Shown piece after piece: positions 48,030 to 57,684 of a stretch of DNA of 64,000 bases. The translations under genes and the position numbers were made by a program. The notes under the pieces are model-generated. The model saw nothing but the letters and a program-made list of their open reading frames with translations, made no database searches and was not told the origin of the DNA. Source of the DNA: an uncultured Syntrophomonadaceae bacterium (GTDB lineage: Bacteria; Bacillota; Dethiobacteria; DTU022); contig CAZBKZ010000008.1 in the NCBI GenBank assembly GCA_964492615.1, forward strand, positions 13,865 to 77,864. Direction: 5' to 3'. How positions within the stretch are numbered: position 1 is the stretch's first letter; each line of letters opens with the position of its first letter.

Positions 48030-49280
48030 ATGGAAGCTGACCAGGCATACCTGGAAGCCATACAACATGGTCGCTACAGTGAAAAAGTAAAAGGGTTACG
48101 CTGTAAGTATGATCACGTGCGCATACAATTTGAAGATTTCATTACAGCGTATTACCTGAGACCTTACCTGGAAGAAATGATGGAGCAGAAGCTTAACGGA
48201 GAAGAAAATGAAGGATTGCGTTTTTTTGATCTTGGCTGTGGAACTGGAGATGGATATGAACTGCTCTGCAAAATGGCAGGAGATACAAAACTGGCCGAGT
48301 TTGATACAAGGTTAATTCAGGAAGATATGGTACAACAGTACAAGGGGATTGACTTAAATATAGCCCTGCTTAAAGAAGCCAGGGAGTTATTTGGGCACTA
48401 TGAAAATGTTGATTTCTGCAAGGGTAATTTTTCTGAAGGTTTACCCCTGGAAGAAGGGGAAGAACCATATGATCTATATTTTACTTCCTACGGCACGCTT
48501 TCACACTGTAATGACGAAGAACTGGAAAGATTGTTTATTGATATTGCGAAACATGGGCGAGACGGCAGCCTGATCCTGGGAGACTTTATTGGCCGTTATT
48601 CGTATGAGTGGCAGGATACCTGGACGGTTCAACCCGAAGAACAGCCCTTTATTGACTATAAAATAAATTACCTGTATGCAGAAGAACAAAGGGATGAAGT
48701 GGATGTATCATCATTCCCGCTCCGACTGATGTCTCCGGTGGAATTGGACCAGATAATAGACGATGCCTCCCGGAAGAGCGGGGTCAGGTTGGAAGTATTG
48801 AAATACTTTGACCGCTCTCTTTTTATCGGCCGGCATATAGAAACAGGTACATATAACGGCAACCCTCAGCCACTGCGGCTTATGGTTTCGTCACTCTTTG
48901 AAAGAGGTTTGCGTACATATTTCCCCGATCTGAAAGTAAGTTTTCAGCCAAAAGAGGGTTTTAAACACGTGAATGAAGCGCTCCAGGTGTTGGCAGACAG
49001 CTGGAACAGCCTGCTTGACTATACAATGCTGTTAATGGAGCATTATGATGATGGGGAAGAACTGCTTCCCTACCCACCACAAACAGATATTAAATCTTTG
49101 GAGAAAGCATACAGGGTGATGCGACAAACCCTGGAGGGAAGCAGGGGGCTTTACGGTGATATCCGGGCGGATCTTATCGAAGCCCAGCTCGGTTATGCCC
49201 TGCGCAGCCTGGAAATGGGTCTGCAGAATGGCACCGGGGTTGGTCATGGACTGGTTGCTGTGATCCGGGTTAATAAGTAA
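48030..49280 (+). CDS. Class I SAM-dependent methyltransferase with a long C-terminal extension, embedded in the corrinoid methyltransferase locus
   Basis: Motif I FDLGCGTGDG and motif post-I (DLYFTSYG); about 416 aa. The start at 48030 is 8 nt after a GGAGGGA RBS and 1 nt after the corrinoid-protein stop. Confidence 0.55.
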   Translation: MEADQAYLEAIQHGRYSEKVKGLRCKYDHVRIQFEDFITAYYLRPYLEEMMEQKLNGEENEGLRFFDLGCGTGDGYELLCKMAGDTKLAEFDTRLIQEDMVQQYKGIDLNIALLKEARELFGHYENVDFCKGNFSEGLPLEEGEEPYDLYFTSYGTLSHCNDEELERLFIDIAKHGRDGSLILGDFIGRYSYEWQDTWTVQPEEQPFIDYKINYLYAEEQRDEVDVSSFPLRLMSPVELDQIIDDASRKSGVRLEVLKYFDRSLFIGRHIETGTYNGNPQPLRLMVSSLFERGLRTYFPDLKVSFQPKEGFKHVNEALQVLADSWNSLLDYTMLLMEHYDDGEELLPYPPQTDIKSLEKAYRVMRQTLEGSRGLYGDIRADLIEAQLGYALRSLEMGLQNGTGVGHGLVAVIRVNK

Positions 49281-49658
49281 AAGGGTTCTATGTACTCAAT
49301 ATCTATGATAATAAGCGCTGGGCTATAATCAGGCATGATTATCTGTCTTTAATCTTTCTAAAAGCGCAATTGCTTTGAATAAAGCATTTTAATGACGTAT
49401 ATCTGTCATATACGGTATTTGAATAAGGAAGCTTAATATGAAATAATTAATATATATTAATATGCACCAGTTCGTATTCATAAAAATCAAATATTATTCA
49501 AATTAACTTCACAACATCGCTATGTCTTATTTTAATTAATTTGTCAGGTAATGTGATTATAATAATCACTTATTTTGGTTTGCACCTGGTATAAAGTAGT
49601 GTGCTACTATTTTTGTTTTGCGCATTATTACAGAGAAAGGAAGGGTGATTGATAATAA

Positions 49659-50396
49659 ATGAACCTGAATGATGGCTTATTATCTAGTTATTTGTTTTCG
49701 GAAACCGGTTTTTCTTCTGTCACCGGACAGTCAGGCGTTGCGTCCTTATTTTCACGAACTGTTACATATTTTATGCGACGCAGTGATTTAGTCTGGGATT
49801 TGCTTTTAGAGCACATCTGGCTGGTTCTGGTATCAATTTTAATTGCAGTGGCAATAGCTGTCACAATTGGGGTTATCATCAGTTACAAGAGCAGTATAGC
49901 TATTACAGTAATAACTGTCTGCCAGATCTTGATGACCATCCCCAGTATGGCGATGCTTGCTTTTATGGTTCCCATCTTCGGCATAGGTTTTACTACCGGA
50001 GTAATGGCCTTGATCCTTTACAGCTTACTGCCGATCGTTCGCAACACATACACCGGTATTAAGGAAATCAGTCCTGCTATTGTAGAATCGGCAGTGGCCA
50101 TGGGCATGACCGAGTGGAGAGTATTGACCAAAATTAAGATCCCCCTGGCCCGCCCGGTAATCATGGCAGGTATCCGTACGGCAACTGTTATGATCGTTGG
50201 TATCGGCGCTATTGCAGCTTATGTAGGTGCCGGAGGGCTGGGAGAGTTAATTTTTCAGGGGATTTCCCGCTCACATGAACCGATGATAATTGTCGGAGCC
50301 CTTGGAGTTTCAATCATAGCGCTTGCTTTTGATTTCATTCTTTCGTGGGGAGAAAAAAAACTCATGGCAATCAGTAGAACAGGGGAGGCCAAGTAA
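49659..50396 (+). CDS. Osmoprotectant/betaine ABC transporter permease (OpuCB/ProW-like)
   Basis: Multi-TM permease with the ABC importer EAA-like loop region; its stop overlaps the ATPase start. Confidence 0.75.
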   Translation: MNLNDGLLSSYLFSETGFSSVTGQSGVASLFSRTVTYFMRRSDLVWDLLLEHIWLVLVSILIAVAIAVTIGVIISYKSSIAITVITVCQILMTIPSMAMLAFMVPIFGIGFTTGVMALILYSLLPIVRNTYTGIKEISPAIVESAVAMGMTEWRVLTKIKIPLARPVIMAGIRTATVMIVGIGAIAAYVGAGGLGELIFQGISRSHEPMIIVGALGVSIIALAFDFILSWGEKKLMAISRTGEAK

Positions 50397-51508
50397 TGAT
50401 CAAACTAGAAGGAATATCTAAAATATTTCCGGGATCCAAGGTACCGGCTGTTGATAACCTGAACCTGGAAGTTAAAGAAGGCGATATATGTGTTCTGGTT
50501 GGTCCTTCTGGATGCGGAAAGACCACAACCATGAAGATGATTAACCGGATTCACGAACCCAGCAGTGGATCAATCTACATAAATGGTAAAGACGCTTTGA
50601 AAATGAATCCGATTAAACTGCGCCTGGATATCGGCTACGTTATTCAGGAAATCGGATTATTTCCCCATCATACAATTGAAGAGAATGTGGCTACCGTTCC
50701 CAATGAAAAAAAGTGGCCCAGGGAAAAAACAAGAAAAAGAGTGGCCGAAATGTTGACCCTGGTTGGTTTGGACCCGGAAATTTACGGTAACCGCTATCCA
50801 TCCGCATTGAGCGGTGGGCAGCGCCAGCGGGTCGGAGTGGCACGGGCCATGGTCTCCGATCCCCCGATCATGTTGATGGATGAACCTTTTGGCGCAGTTG
50901 ACCCGATTACCAGAGCACGCTTGCAGAATGAATTTTTAAGGATCCAGGAAAGAATCAGTAAAACCATCGTTTTTGTAACCCATGATATCGATGAAGCGAT
51001 TAAGATGGGTGATACAATCGCAGTAATGAGAGAGGGCAAACTGGTGCAGCATGCTACACCGAGTGATTTGCTCAGCGCTCCTGCTGATGAGTTTGTAGGC
51101 AACCTGGTCGGACGAAACCGTTCTATCAAGCGTCTTCACCTGATTCGTATCCGTGAAATACTGGAACATGTGGACAGGGCAAAACCAGCCACAGTGGACA
51201 TGTCATTGAATGATCTGAAGCAGAGGCTTGATGATAGCGAAATTCATTCGGTTATGGTTGTTGATCGCGACAACAAGCTTAAAGGCGTTATCGGGGTTGC
51301 TGATCTTAAGCGCAAAGCCGGTGAAGTGGCTGCCGATTACATTCAGGAGTTGGATCAATCCGTTACAAGCGATGCTACTCTTAACGATGCGCTTTCGGTG
51401 ATGCTTGAATGCGGCGAGGGGTTTGTTGCCGTCGTTAATGAAGACGATCAATACCAGGGGACAATTACCCTTGGTGATTTGCTAAATGTTGTGAAGGAGG
51501 ACGGATAA
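50396..51508 (+). CDS. Glycine betaine/carnitine/choline ABC transporter ATP-binding protein with tandem C-terminal CBS domains (OpuCA/ProV-like)
   Basis: Walker A GPSGCGKTT, signature LSGGQRQR, Walker B LMDEP, followed by two CBS domains. Confidence 0.85.
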   Translation: MIKLEGISKIFPGSKVPAVDNLNLEVKEGDICVLVGPSGCGKTTTMKMINRIHEPSSGSIYINGKDALKMNPIKLRLDIGYVIQEIGLFPHHTIEENVATVPNEKKWPREKTRKRVAEMLTLVGLDPEIYGNRYPSALSGGQRQRVGVARAMVSDPPIMLMDEPFGAVDPITRARLQNEFLRIQERISKTIVFVTHDIDEAIKMGDTIAVMREGKLVQHATPSDLLSAPADEFVGNLVGRNRSIKRLHLIRIREILEHVDRAKPATVDMSLNDLKQRLDDSEIHSVMVVDRDNKLKGVIGVADLKRKAGEVAADYIQELDQSVTSDATLNDALSVMLECGEGFVAVVNEDDQYQGTITLGDLLNVVKEDG

Positions 51509-51511
51509 TCG

Positions 51512-52234
51512 ATGCTGCGAGATATCTGGCGGTGGGGCATACTTCCTCTTTTGTTGATTGCTGTAGGAGTTGCAATTGTAGTTTATGGAGTTAATAATCC
51601 AACCGATTCGCTGGTAGCCCGGGCGCTTACTTACGAAAATGTACTTAGGGGTTTGCGTCAGCACCTGATGCTTATGGTCGTCTCAATGTTTGGCGCAATT
51701 GTTATTGGTGTGTTGGTTGGTATAATGCTTTCCCGCCCAAAACTGTATTACCTGGGGCGCGGTGTTGAAAATGTGGTTAACGTGGGACAGACAATCCCCA
51801 GCCTGGCTATACTGGCTTTGTTTTTTACCATCATGGGGCTCGGTTTTAACGTGGCAGTATTCGCCCTGTTTTTATATTCTATTCTTCCCATCCTCAGGAA
51901 TACGTTTGCCGGTATTGTTAACGTGCAGAAGAGTATTATTGAATCGGCCAGGGGAATGGGTATGAATCCGTTACGTATTTTAGTCAAGATTGAACTGCCC
52001 CTGGCATTTCCGATTATAGTGGCAGGGATTCGCACAGCGATAGTTATAAACGTTGGCGCAGCTACCCTGGCTACCTTTATTGGTGGTGGAGGATTTGGTG
52101 ATTTAATTGTTACCGGCCTTTCACTGCGCCGGGATATGATTGTTTTTACCGGGGCAGGTCTGGCTGCCCTGACGGCAATATTTCTTGACTACTATATTGC
52201 CAGAATTGAAGAAAGATTGGTCAGGTGGACCTGA
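51512..52234 (+). CDS. Osmoprotectant ABC transporter permease (second permease, OpuCD-like)
   Basis: Paralogous to the first permease (...ILPI.RNT..GI..V...). Confidence 0.8.
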   Translation: MLRDIWRWGILPLLLIAVGVAIVVYGVNNPTDSLVARALTYENVLRGLRQHLMLMVVSMFGAIVIGVLVGIMLSRPKLYYLGRGVENVVNVGQTIPSLAILALFFTIMGLGFNVAVFALFLYSILPILRNTFAGIVNVQKSIIESARGMGMNPLRILVKIELPLAFPIIVAGIRTAIVINVGAATLATFIGGGGFGDLIVTGLSLRRDMIVFTGAGLAALTAIFLDYYIARIEERLVRWT

Positions 52235-52297
52235 TCATTTTAAGGTTTGGCTATTTTCCCATATGAGCAAATACCTGAAGGGGGTAAATCTATTAAA

Positions 52298-53218
52298 ATG
52301 TTTAAACGAGTTTTAATTACATTGATCATCATTGCATTACTGGCGGGTTCTCTATTTATATCTGGTTGCCAGTCTGGTGAAGATGGAGTAGTAATTGGTT
52401 CAAAGGAGTTCACCGAGTCGTTGATTCTCAGCCAGATATCCATACTGGCGCTCGAGGCAAATGGGATCCCGACAGTTGATGAAACAGGGCTTGGAGGTAC
52501 TGTAGTTGCCCGCGAAGCTCTTGAAGCAGGAGAAATCGATCACTACTGGGAATATACAGGAACAGCTTTGGTCAATTACTTCGGATTTGATGTACTTACC
52601 GATCCTGAGGAATGCTATCAGCTGGTTAGGGATACTGATCTTGAAAGAAATAATCTGGTATGGCTCGATTACACACAGTATAACAATACTTATGTAATTA
52701 TGATGCGCCAGGCAGATGCAGATGCTCTCGGTATTTATTCGATCAGTGATCTTGCTGCAGCTATTAACGAAGAGGTGGAAGCTCCTGAGCCGGGCACCTG
52801 GAAATTTGGTACCAATCATGAATACTCAACCCGTGATGACGGTTTTCCCGGTTTGCTTGAGCACTACGATTTTGAATTTGACAGTGTTGAAGTAATGGAT
52901 TACGGAATTCTTTATACAGCCCTGAGAGACGGTGAATTAGCCTCGGCGATGGGTTTTGGAACAGATGGCCGTATCACTCCTTTCGAATTGGTTATTCTGG
53001 AAGATGACCAGTTCTTTCACCCTGTCTACAACAGTTCCCCTGTTTTCCGTCAGGAAGTGATTGATGAGTATCCACAAATTCCGGAAATCTTAGGCCCAAT
53101 TGCAACTGCTCTTGACAATGAGAATATGGCGAATTTAAATAGGTTGGTTGATGAAGAAGATCATCTGCCAAGAGAAGTTGCCGAAGAATGGTTAATCGAG
53201 CAGGGTTTTATTGAATAG
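52298..53218 (+). CDS. Osmoprotectant (glycine betaine/choline-type) ABC transporter substrate-binding lipoprotein (OpuCC-like)
   Basis: Lipobox FISGCQ, ~300-aa mature protein, OpuAC/OpuCC-family fold features. Start at MFKRV after an AAGGGGG RBS. Confidence 0.8.
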   Translation: MFKRVLITLIIIALLAGSLFISGCQSGEDGVVIGSKEFTESLILSQISILALEANGIPTVDETGLGGTVVAREALEAGEIDHYWEYTGTALVNYFGFDVLTDPEECYQLVRDTDLERNNLVWLDYTQYNNTYVIMMRQADADALGIYSISDLAAAINEEVEAPEPGTWKFGTNHEYSTRDDGFPGLLEHYDFEFDSVEVMDYGILYTALRDGELASAMGFGTDGRITPFELVILEDDQFFHPVYNSSPVFRQEVIDEYPQIPEILGPIATALDNENMANLNRLVDEEDHLPREVAEEWLIEQGFIE

Positions 53219-53285
53219 GCCAGCTTTATTGGTCTTAAATGATAAATAAAAGTAATATTGCATATTAAGGGAAAGTAGCCGTTAT

Positions 53286-53335
53286 ATGGGGGTGAGTAGG
53301 GTAACCTAATCTTACCCCCATCATTATATATTTTT
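53286..53335 (+). terminator. Terminator-like hairpin after the transporter operon
   Basis: atgggggt...acccccat stem followed by an atatattttt run. Confidence 0.4.
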
Positions 53336-53358
53336 ACAACCAAACAGGAGGGATAAGC

Positions 53359-53853
53359 ATGACGGTGCTGGCGAAACAAATTATGACCAAGCCGGTTATT
53401 ACAGTTAAAGCAGACACCCCGCTGAAAAGAGCCGCTGAAATTCTTGATGAGAACCGGTTTAGCGGGATGCCTGTTGTCGACGACCAGTATAAACTGATTG
53501 GCATATTGTCGGAAGCTGATATTCTGCATTATACACAGCAGATCATCGGGCAGCCTTTAAGAGATCCTCATCGGGTTTTTACAAAAAGCAAAGAAGTGCT
53601 GCATATTGATATTACCCACAGAGGCGTTGAAGTGATAGAATTGGTGGCGGCAACGACAGTAGAGACCCTGATGACTACCGAGGTCATTCATGTAAATGTG
53701 GATACTCCAGTTATGGAAGTTGTCCGCCTGATGAAAAAGCACAATATTAACCGTATTCCGGTAGTTGACAGTAACGATATTTTACAGGGAATTATTACCC
53801 GGGCTGATATTATCAGCATGCTGATCAAATACTGGCCTGCAGAAATGGAGTAA
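53359..53853 (+). CDS. CBS-domain pair protein
   Basis: Two CBS motifs (IMTKPVITV...GMPVVD and VIHVN...INRIPVVD); 164 aa. Confidence 0.75.
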   Translation: MTVLAKQIMTKPVITVKADTPLKRAAEILDENRFSGMPVVDDQYKLIGILSEADILHYTQQIIGQPLRDPHRVFTKSKEVLHIDITHRGVEVIELVAATTVETLMTTEVIHVNVDTPVMEVVRLMKKHNINRIPVVDSNDILQGIITRADIISMLIKYWPAEME

Positions 53854-53905
53854 ATAATATTATAATCACGATGCAGGGATAGATGGATAAACTGGAGGGT
53901 TCTAT

Positions 53906-55360
53906 ATGAAAAGTCCGATCTATGAAGGAGGCAGTTACCGTGTTCTTTCAGACAGGGAGATCGGCCAGATACACGAAACGTCGCTTCGGGTTTTGGAAAC
54001 AGTAGGGTTTGAAATTAATTTTCCACCGGCCCTTAATATGTTTGAAGAAAAAGGTGCTGAGGTTGACCGGACCCGAAGCAGGGTTTACCTGCCCAGGGAG
54101 CTGGTGACTCGCTCTATTAAACAGGCTCCGTCTGAATTCATGTTTTATGGTCGGGAAGAAGGTAAAAGTATTACAGTTGGAGGGAAAAGAGTTCACTTCG
54201 GAACCGGCGGTCTGGCTCTGTATGTTCTGGACCTGGAGCGTAATAAACGCCCGGGGACCCTTAAAGATGTTGCTGATCTGGCTCGTTTGGCTGATAATCT
54301 CGAAAACCTCGACTTTTTTATCATTCCTGTATATCCTCACGATATTAATATTGATACTGTTGATATCAACACTAAGTACCAGGCCCTGCTGCATACCGGC
54401 AAACCGGTTATGGGCGGGATATTTAACCTCCAGGGGCTGGAGGATATGGTTGCTATTGCCTCAATGATTGCCGGAGGGTTGGAGAACCTCAGAAAAAGGC
54501 CGTTCCTTGGGTTTATATCCTCAATCACCAGCCCTTTGAAAATAAGTGCGGATCATGCAGAATATATAATGAAAATTGCCGATTACGGTTTACCGCTGGC
54601 CACTTCAACGGCGCCTGCAGCCGGAGCAACTGCTCCCATTACCCTGGCCGGAACTCTGGTTCAGCAAAATGCTGAGGCATTGATGGGTGTGGTTATCTCT
54701 CAGCTGGTTAATCCGGGAACACCGGTTCTATACAGTGCTGTACCGGTTACCATGGATATGCGCACCATGTCATTTTTAATGGGCAGCATTGAATCAGGTT
54801 TAATGAATGCAGCAATTACCCAGATGGCCCATTTTTATCGTTTGCCCTGTTACCTAACTGTGGGGACAACCGATTCAAAACTTCCTGATGCCCAGGCTGC
54901 GCACGAAGGGGCTTCATCGGCCATGCTTGCAGCACTGGCCGGAGGCAATTTCATTCATGAAGCTTTTGGCATGCTTGATGGGGCTATGACAGTATCTTAT
55001 GCCCAGTATATCATTGATAATGATATTGTAGGCAGTTGTCTCAGAACCCTGAGAGGTATTGAGGTAGATGAAGATACCCTGGCTTATGAAATTATTAAAA
55101 AAGTCGGCCCTGGAGGGAACTACCTGGGAGAAGAACATACAGTTAAGTACGTGCGCACTGAAAGCTTTTCGCCCAGGGCCAGCGACCGGCAGCAATACCA
55201 GCACTGGTTTGATGCGGGCAGCAAGGATAGTTGGAAACGAGCGGAAGAGGTGGTTGAGCAGCTGCTTGGCGAGCCTTTCGTAACTAAAATTCCTGTTGAT
55301 CTGGATCAATTAATCAGGGAGCAATTTCCCGACCTTGTTGATATTAAAGAAAATGAATAG
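53906..55360 (+). CDS. Second MttB-superfamily methyltransferase lacking pyrrolysine (paralog of 45788..47329)
   Basis: 484-aa uninterrupted ORF that aligns with the first MttB-family protein (e.g. ...GTGG.A.YVLDLE... / LENLDFFI motifs shared). Confidence 0.8.
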   Translation: MKSPIYEGGSYRVLSDREIGQIHETSLRVLETVGFEINFPPALNMFEEKGAEVDRTRSRVYLPRELVTRSIKQAPSEFMFYGREEGKSITVGGKRVHFGTGGLALYVLDLERNKRPGTLKDVADLARLADNLENLDFFIIPVYPHDINIDTVDINTKYQALLHTGKPVMGGIFNLQGLEDMVAIASMIAGGLENLRKRPFLGFISSITSPLKISADHAEYIMKIADYGLPLATSTAPAAGATAPITLAGTLVQQNAEALMGVVISQLVNPGTPVLYSAVPVTMDMRTMSFLMGSIESGLMNAAITQMAHFYRLPCYLTVGTTDSKLPDAQAAHEGASSAMLAALAGGNFIHEAFGMLDGAMTVSYAQYIIDNDIVGSCLRTLRGIEVDEDTLAYEIIKKVGPGGNYLGEEHTVKYVRTESFSPRASDRQQYQHWFDAGSKDSWKRAEEVVEQLLGEPFVTKIPVDLDQLIREQFPDLVDIKENE

Positions 55361-55454
55361 TCAGGTGAGCAGGTGCAGAGGAAGGAAAGCAACCGTTTAT
55401 GTAGAAATATTTGCATGGATTATGAAAACTTAGTGATAGGTGTGATATTAAGTA

Positions 55455-56318
55455 ATGAAGATTAAGAAAGCGGTTATTCCGGCAGCCGGCATGGGGACAC
55501 GATTCCTCCCTTTTACCAAGGCTGTGCCCAAGGAAATGCTTCCCGTGGTTGACAAACCAACCCTGCAGTTGATAGTTGAGGAAGTGTTCCAGGCCGGGAT
55601 CGAAGATATCCTGATTATTACCGGCAGGGGTAAGACTGCAATAGAGGATCATTTTGATCGCAGTATTGAACTGGAGAACATGCTGCAGAGCAAAAAGAAA
55701 GCTGATGAATTGAAAGAGATAAAAGAGATTGCTTCCCTGGCAAATATATTTTATGTGCGCCAGAAAGAGCCACTCGGTCTGGGTCATGCTGTGCTTTGTG
55801 CCCGCCAATTCATTGGTAATGAACCCTTTGCTGTTTTATTGGGAGATGATCTGGTTCATGCAGAAGTTCCCGTTATCGGTCAGCTGGCGGCAGTATATGA
55901 AGAAAAAGGCAGCACTGTAGTTGGCTGTAAGCGTGTTGGTATGGAAAACGTTCATAAATACGGCGTTGTTGATTGTGAAGATCCCGATGCTGAAGTAGTC
56001 AGAGTCAGAAAGTTGACTGAAAAACCGCGTCGTGAGGAAGCCGTCTCAGATTTGGCCGTACTTGGCAGATATATTATAGACCCTGAAATCTTTGATATTA
56101 TTGAAAGGACCGGCCCCGGTGCCGGTGGTGAAATCCAGCTGACTGATGCGCTAAATAGTCTTGCTGCAGAAAAACCTGTTTGGGCTTATACTTTTCATGG
56201 CCGCCGGTATGATGTTGGCGACAAACTCGGTTTTCTCGAAGCAACGGTTGAATATGCCCTGCGCAGGGAAGGCCTGGCTGAAGATTTTAAACAATATCTG
56301 AAGTCTCTGCCGCTTTGA
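55455..56318 (+). CDS. galU: UTP--glucose-1-phosphate uridylyltransferase
   Basis: KAVIPAAGMGTRFLP.TKA.PKEMLP and the conserved GalU core; 287 aa. Confidence 0.85.
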   Translation: MKIKKAVIPAAGMGTRFLPFTKAVPKEMLPVVDKPTLQLIVEEVFQAGIEDILIITGRGKTAIEDHFDRSIELENMLQSKKKADELKEIKEIASLANIFYVRQKEPLGLGHAVLCARQFIGNEPFAVLLGDDLVHAEVPVIGQLAAVYEEKGSTVVGCKRVGMENVHKYGVVDCEDPDAEVVRVRKLTEKPRREEAVSDLAVLGRYIIDPEIFDIIERTGPGAGGEIQLTDALNSLAAEKPVWAYTFHGRRYDVGDKLGFLEATVEYALRREGLAEDFKQYLKSLPL

Positions 56319-56370
56319 TCAGTTTCCTTATATTTATTTAGGATAATACCTGGATTAAGGAGGGATTCAG

Positions 56371-57684
56371 TTGTACCTTCATTCGGCTCCCCTGGCGGAC
56401 ATTGCCGGTAACTTAAGGTTAGGCACTGTTAGTTTGAAAGATTACATCAACAATACCTGTGACATGATAGAAGAGATAGATCATAAGCTGGAGGCCTTTT
56501 TGCCTGAATCAGGACGCCGTGATCGTTTACTTGTAGAGGCTGAAAATCTTCTGGCAGCATATCCGGAACCGTCTCAACGCCCACCTTTGTTTGGTGTTTT
56601 AATCGGAGTGAAAGATATATATCATGCAGATGGTTTTGATACCCGGGCAGGCTCCAGGCTTGATCCCGGGGTGTTGAGCGGAAGCGAAGCAGATACAGTA
56701 AGGTTGCTGAAACAGGCCGGGGCATTAGTGCTGGGCAAAACAGTAACAACAGAATTTGCCTACTTTGAGCCCGGCCCAACCAGGAATCCACATAACCCCA
56801 ACCATACACCGGGTGGTTCAAGCAGTGGCTCAGCTGCTGCGGTTGCCGCCGGAATGACACCTCTTGCCCTCGGCACACAGACCATTGGTTCAATTAACAG
56901 GCCTGCCGCTTTCTGTGGAGTGGTAGGTTTCAAGCCGAGTTATGGGCGGATTCCAACCGGAGGGTTGCTCTATTTCTCGCGCTCGGCTGATCATGCCGGT
57001 TGCTTCACCCAGGATGTTGAGGGAATGCTCCTGGCCGCTTCAGTCTTATGTCATGACTGGCGTGAAATAAAAGTTAACTACCAGCCTGTTCTCGGTATAC
57101 CCAGGGGGAAATACCTTGAGCAGGCAACAGACGAAGCACTGGAAGCCTTTAAGACCCAGGTGATCAGGCTGCGATCAGAAGGTTATGAAGTTAATGAGGT
57201 TAACGCACTGGATGACATAGAAAATATTGCGTTATGGCACCGCAAGCTGGTTTCTGCCGAGCTGGCGATTGAACATGCCGAACTATACTCTCGTTTCAGT
57301 GAACTTTACAGGCCTAAAACTGCTGAATTAATTGAAGAAGGTCTGTTAGTGAACAAAAGTGAGCTAATTGAAGCTCGTAAAAAGCAAAAAAGTCTGAGAG
57401 AGAGGCTTGAGACAAAAATACGTCAGGCGGGTATTGATCTCTGGATTACACCCGCAGCTCCGGGTCCGGCACCTGCGGGCATTGAAGCTACAGGTGATCC
57501 TGCCATGAATATGCCATGGACTAATTCGGGATTACCATCGGTTAATCTCCCTGCGGGAAAAGCACAAAATGATTTACCGCTTGGCTTACAGTTGATCGCT
57601 CCTTATATGGGAGACGAACTGCTTTTGTCATGGGCTAAAGGGGTGGCTGCTGTTTTTCTTGATTACCAGGCTTACAGGGTTTAA
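56371..57684 (+). CDS. Amidase-signature family amidase (intact Ser-cisSer-Lys triad)
   Basis: IGVKDIY (Lys), GGSSSGSAAAVAAG and GTQTIGSINRPAA motifs are intact; 437 aa. TTG start with an AAGGAGGGA RBS. Confidence 0.75.
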   Translation: MYLHSAPLADIAGNLRLGTVSLKDYINNTCDMIEEIDHKLEAFLPESGRRDRLLVEAENLLAAYPEPSQRPPLFGVLIGVKDIYHADGFDTRAGSRLDPGVLSGSEADTVRLLKQAGALVLGKTVTTEFAYFEPGPTRNPHNPNHTPGGSSSGSAAAVAAGMTPLALGTQTIGSINRPAAFCGVVGFKPSYGRIPTGGLLYFSRSADHAGCFTQDVEGMLLAASVLCHDWREIKVNYQPVLGIPRGKYLEQATDEALEAFKTQVIRLRSEGYEVNEVNALDDIENIALWHRKLVSAELAIEHAELYSRFSELYRPKTAELIEEGLLVNKSELIEARKKQKSLRERLETKIRQAGIDLWITPAAPGPAPAGIEATGDPAMNMPWTNSGLPSVNLPAGKAQNDLPLGLQLIAPYMGDELLLSWAKGVAAVFLDYQAYRV

